This document shows, in pieces, positions 48,329 to 51,146 of a DNA stretch of 51,146 nucleotides. Origin of the DNA: Nitrospirota bacterium (GTDB taxonomy: Bacteria > Patescibacteriota > Gracilibacteria > UBA1369 > LOWO2-01-FULL-3); NCBI GenBank assembly GCA_030598325.1, contig JAUVQE010000001.1, positions 1 to 51,146 on the forward strand, in the 5' to 3' direction. The translations under genes were made by a program, and so were the position numbers. The first letter of the stretch is position 1; the number at the start of each line of letters is the position of its first letter. The notes beneath the pieces are model-generated. The model did not search any database and was not told the DNA's origin. It worked only from the letters and a program-made list of their open reading frames with translations.

Positions 48329-49537
48329 ATGAAAAAAATAATACTATTCGCTTTGTTGTCCATAGTAATTCTGGGGGCCGGATTTTTAAGTTACCAAAAT
48401 AAAGACAAAATCCACACTTCGGTATTAAGACAGGAATCACCACAAACACTGACAACCGAACAAATTCGCGAAGTGATAAAGAAAGGAACAGAGTGGTTCA
48501 AAAACGCACAGGAAAAATCCGGCCACTTCAAATACGAATACATGCCATTTTTGGATCGATACATCGATGACGACAATATGGTCCGCCAATCGGGAGGATT
48601 ATACGTTCTGGGAGAACTTTACAGAAACGACACCGAAAACAAATTCGAACTCCTGGAACCGATAGCAAAAGCGATCTCGTTTTTTGAGAAAAACACCGTA
48701 AAAGGAGAATTTCAGAAACAAGATTTCCTATGCGTAATGAAAACCTCAACAAAATGCTCAATAGGAGGGACAAGCTTAACCCTAATCGGAATAATCGATG
48801 TCGTTCAGGCAACCCCACTACTTAAATCCGAATACGAAGACCTTATTGAAGGTTACAAAAATTACATCCTGGCAATGAAACTTCCCGAAAAAGGATTTCG
48901 AAACAGCTATTACCCGGATCTCGAAGAAGATCAATCCGAAAAAGAATCACATTTCGGAAACGGCGAAGCGTTTTTAGCATTAACACGCTACTACAAATAC
49001 AATCCGGACGAAGAAGTCAAACAGATCATCGATGAAAGTTACGAATATTTTGAGGGAGTGTATACCGTAAAATGGGATAATAATTTTTATCTCTGGGGAA
49101 TGGCGGCACTCAAAGACCTCTACGCAATGGATCCACACGAAGAATATTTCGAATTTGTAAAAGACTATACGGACTGGAGAATAAGCAAATACAAAAACAG
49201 CAGAGATTCTTCACACAACAAATGCGCGTATATTGAAGGAGTAATAAGCGCGTACTCGGTTCTCGAGCCGAATCTCACAGAAGAAGAAAAAGAATATTAC
49301 CTGGAAGAAATAGATTTCTGGCTCTCAAAAAGCTGGGAATTGCAGGTGAATAGTACAGATGAATTAAGCGTGACTTACAACGATCTTACAAAATCCCTCA
49401 AAATAGAAGACAGGGCTAAATCAGTGGGCGGATTCCTCACAGACATAGACGAACCGGTCCAGCGCATCGATTTCACACAACATTGCCTAAATTCATATCT
49501 ACAGAAATTGGTGGATGTAGATGGAGGGGAGCTCTGA
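48329..49537 (+). CDS. secreted or anchored protein, possibly an alpha/alpha-toroid (prenyltransferase/SHC-repeat-like) fold
   Basis: N-terminal signal or anchor. Repeated hydrophobic-G motifs (WFKNAQEKSGHFKY, GGLYVLGELY, GNGEAFLALTRYY, LWGMAALKDLY). The fold assignment is tentative. Confidence 0.5.
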   Translation: MKKIILFALLSIVILGAGFLSYQNKDKIHTSVLRQESPQTLTTEQIREVIKKGTEWFKNAQEKSGHFKYEYMPFLDRYIDDDNMVRQSGGLYVLGELYRNDTENKFELLEPIAKAISFFEKNTVKGEFQKQDFLCVMKTSTKCSIGGTSLTLIGIIDVVQATPLLKSEYEDLIEGYKNYILAMKLPEKGFRNSYYPDLEEDQSEKESHFGNGEAFLALTRYYKYNPDEEVKQIIDESYEYFEGVYTVKWDNNFYLWGMAALKDLYAMDPHEEYFEFVKDYTDWRISKYKNSRDSSHNKCAYIEGVISAYSVLEPNLTEEEKEYYLEEIDFWLSKSWELQVNSTDELSVTYNDLTKSLKIEDRAKSVGGFLTDIDEPVQRIDFTQHCLNSYLQKLVDVDGGEL

Positions 49538-49541
49538 GAAA

Positions 49542-49552
49542 TGGTGGGCGAT
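49542..49552. repeat. 11-nt direct repeat TGGTGGGCGAT, a copy of the tRNA-Val 3' end
   Basis: Identical to 50531-50541. Followed by degenerate T-arm-like sequence (TTAGAACT versus TTCGAACT). Confidence 0.75.
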
Positions 49553-49669
49553 AGTGGACGACGTTAGAACTTTTTGGAGGGAGTTTGGGGCTTTTCACCA
49601 TATAAAGCTTGCAAAATAGTAAAATAACATGCTAATTTCCTTTCCTAACAAACTTTTAATCAAATTATC

Positions 49670-50509
49670 ATGTCTAATGGAGCTTTAAAAATTGAAAACA
49701 ACCAATATGTTGATACGGGTAGCGAAAAAATATTCGTAGATGATTGGTTTGAAAAACAGCCCTATGTTGAGGGGAATCATGTAACTGAAGGTCTTGGGGT
49801 ATCCGAATCTTCAATGTCTGGAATAAATGCAGTTCTTGGAAAAGTTTTTCGGGAAGTTCAAGATGCAAGTTTTGTGTCTCAACACGTATTAACTGCAGTT
49901 CCTGGTCATGATGTTAGCTTACATTATGGAAGACATGGATGTCTAAGCCCTTTACGTCCTCGTGGAACAACTCTTACCCCACAAAGACTTGCAGCTACTT
50001 TATATAATAATTCAGGTACTGCAATAAGAGATATTGTTAATATTCTAAATGATCCAGAAGTAGTAAAGAAAGCAGCCGAAATTGATAGTGACGAGACTGA
50101 TAGAGCTAAAAGTAGAGAAAGTATTGAATTTGTAAGTAATCACGATACTGATGGTATATTTACTAATGTAGAATTACTGAATAAAGAAGCCAGAGAATTG
50201 CTTGAGCTTTACGGTGATGGAGTTGTAGATGCAGTTCGTGGCTTAGTAGGTGCAATTGTTGGAGGCATGTTAGCAAGAGCTGAACTCTCATATGAATCAC
50301 TTTATGAAGATGCTTTTAGATTAACCAAAAGTGTTGCTGAAAAAACGGTTAGTAGAGAAACAAAATATTCAACATTAAATCCAAATGACCTTGTTGAAAT
50401 GATGTACAGAGCTTTAGAGCATGCCATTCCAGGCTTATTATTGAGGCTTCCTGATGAAAAAAGAAATGAGATAATGGGAAGAATACCAAAAAAAGAAGAA
50501 GTGGCTTAA
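49670..50509 (+). CDS. hypothetical protein (orphan cargo)
   Basis: 279-aa ORF with no recognisable motif. T/A-ending codons (GAT, AAT, TAT, CAT, AGA) dominate, unlike the neighbouring genes. Confidence 0.55.
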   Translation: MSNGALKIENNQYVDTGSEKIFVDDWFEKQPYVEGNHVTEGLGVSESSMSGINAVLGKVFREVQDASFVSQHVLTAVPGHDVSLHYGRHGCLSPLRPRGTTLTPQRLAATLYNNSGTAIRDIVNILNDPEVVKKAAEIDSDETDRAKSRESIEFVSNHDTDGIFTNVELLNKEARELLELYGDGVVDAVRGLVGAIVGGMLARAELSYESLYEDAFRLTKSVAEKTVSRETKYSTLNPNDLVEMMYRALEHAIPGLLLRLPDEKRNEIMGRIPKKEEVA

Positions 50510-50530
50510 ATAAGCCAAAACCTCAATACT

Positions 50531-50607
50531 TGGTGGGCGATGACAGATTCGAACTGTCGACCTCGTCGGAGTCAACGACGCGCTCTAGCCAACTGAGCTA
50601 ATCGCCC
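50531..50607 (-). tRNA. tRNA-Val (anticodon GAC), CCA encoded
   Basis: Hand-folded reverse complement: GGGCGAT-TA-GCTC-AGTTGGCTA-GAGC-G-CGTCG-TTGACTC-CGACG-AGGTC-GACAG-TTCGAAT-CTGTC-ATCGCCC-A-CCA. Confidence 0.9.
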
Positions 50608-50625
50608 TTGAAATCAGAAAAGTTC

Positions 50626-50654
50626 TTGATGTATTTTGCACATGTGTTTAAAAT
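50626..50654 (+). promoter_or_regulatory. candidate promoter of the Pro/Gly-repeat gene
   Basis: TTGATG (50626-50631), 17-nt spacer, TAAAAT (50649-50654). Confidence 0.4.
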
Positions 50655-50677
50655 AAAGCAAGTTTAACCCTTTTAAA

Positions 50678-51146
50678 ATGGATCCTAACGACAATAATGC
50701 AGGAGGTGCACAGCCTCCAAAAGATGATAATAATCAACCAACTCCGCCACCGGCGGGAGGAGGAGCACCGGTCCCACCAACTCCGCCACCGGGACAAGGG
50801 GCACCAGTCCCATCGCCACAAGGAGGAGCATACCCACCACCACAAGGGGCACCAGTTCCGCCACCACAAGGAGGAGCGTATCCACCAGCAGGAGGAGGAT
50901 TCCCTCCACCGGCAGGGGGAGCGCCAGTCCCGCCACTACCAGGAGGAGCATACCCACCGGCAGGGGGAGGATTCCCTCCACCGGCAGGGGGAGCGCCAGT
51001 TCCGCCACTACCAGGAGGAGCATACCCACCAGCAGGGGGAGCACCAGTCCCCCCACCACCACCGGAAGATACAACTCCAGCGAATTTCCAGCTCGGAACA
51101 AAGCTTCCACCTGAACTAAAAGTCAAAATACCGAAAAACGAACTTA
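50678..51146 (+). CDS. Pro/Gly-rich repeat protein, 3' end cut by the window edge
   Basis: Own translation from ATG 50678: MDPNDNNAGGAQPPKDD...(GGAYPPAGGGFPPPAGGAPVPPLP)x2...PEDTTPANFQLGTKLPPELKVKIPKNEL. There is no stop in the window, so it is absent from the track. Confidence 0.6.
   Translation, partial: MDPNDNNAGGAQPPKDDNNQPTPPPAGGGAPVPPTPPPGQGAPVPSPQGGAYPPPQGAPVPPPQGGAYPPAGGGFPPPAGGAPVPPLPGGAYPPAGGGFPPPAGGAPVPPLPGGAYPPAGGAPVPPPPPEDTTPANFQLGTKLPPELKVKIPKNEL
50897..51040. repeat. 2 x 72-nt in-frame tandem repeat, flanked by degenerate copies
   Basis: 50897-50968 versus 50969-51040 are near identical, with a 24-codon period. Confidence 0.85.

Larger units (their letters stand above)
49542..50541. 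mobile_element. candidate remnant of a tRNA-Val-targeted insertion (single cargo gene, no integrase)
   Basis: Direct repeats at both ends, one of which is the functional tRNA 3' end. The enclosed gene has visibly different codon usage. Confidence 0.35.

Noticed and set aside
50685-51126. Track ORFs 50685-51110 (-), 50734-51126 (-) and 50697-51119 (+) in the right-edge repeat
   Set aside because: These are alternative frames or the other strand of the Pro/Gly repeat. The frame from ATG 50678 has a promoter and continues into non-repetitive sequence.

Overview
This is a 51,146-bp AT-rich, very gene-dense chromosomal window. I count about 58 protein genes and 3 tRNAs, and I saw no rRNA, CRISPR array, transposase or integrase. 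The genetic code looks standard, because conserved genes such as leuS and mnmA end where expected at UGA. Most of the content is housekeeping: leuS, corA, rpsO-pnp, nifS-nifU-mnmA, ispG, thyA-folA, ychF, a long RelA/SpoT homologue, ligA, dnaX, polX and comFC. These are interleaved with many small lipoproteins and membrane proteins, five glycosyltransferases and a sortase. The compaction and the orphan lipoproteins suggest a small-genome, possibly CPR/Patescibacteria-like bacterium, but that is inference only. Two CDS truncated by the window edges are missing from the ORF track: an M23 peptidase (1-680, minus) and a Pro/Gly-repeat protein (50678-51146, plus). I found no classical defence or mobile system. 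The items most worth a second look are: (1) a roughly 190-nt minus-strand structured RNA with three C(UUCG)G hairpins, its own promoter and terminator (25452-25675). (2) A promoter, structured leader and terminator unit upstream of nifS (13366-13625). (3) A roughly 1-kb single-gene insertion bounded by an 11-nt direct repeat of the tRNA-Val 3' end, with shifted codon usage (49542-50541). (4) A G+C-rich, inverted-repeat-bracketed small Gln/Arg-rich gene next to tRNA-Phe (21491-21924). (5) A long RelA/SpoT homologue ending in four transmembrane helices. (6) A 22-bp perfect palindrome over the promoter of a DUF5320-DUF134-zupT operon. (7) An A8 slippery run in dnaX with a -1-frame UGA two codons downstream. 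(8) A UXS/SMR-like/GT2/GT-C lipid-carrier glycosylation cluster. All functional calls rest on motifs read by eye, and no database search was possible.
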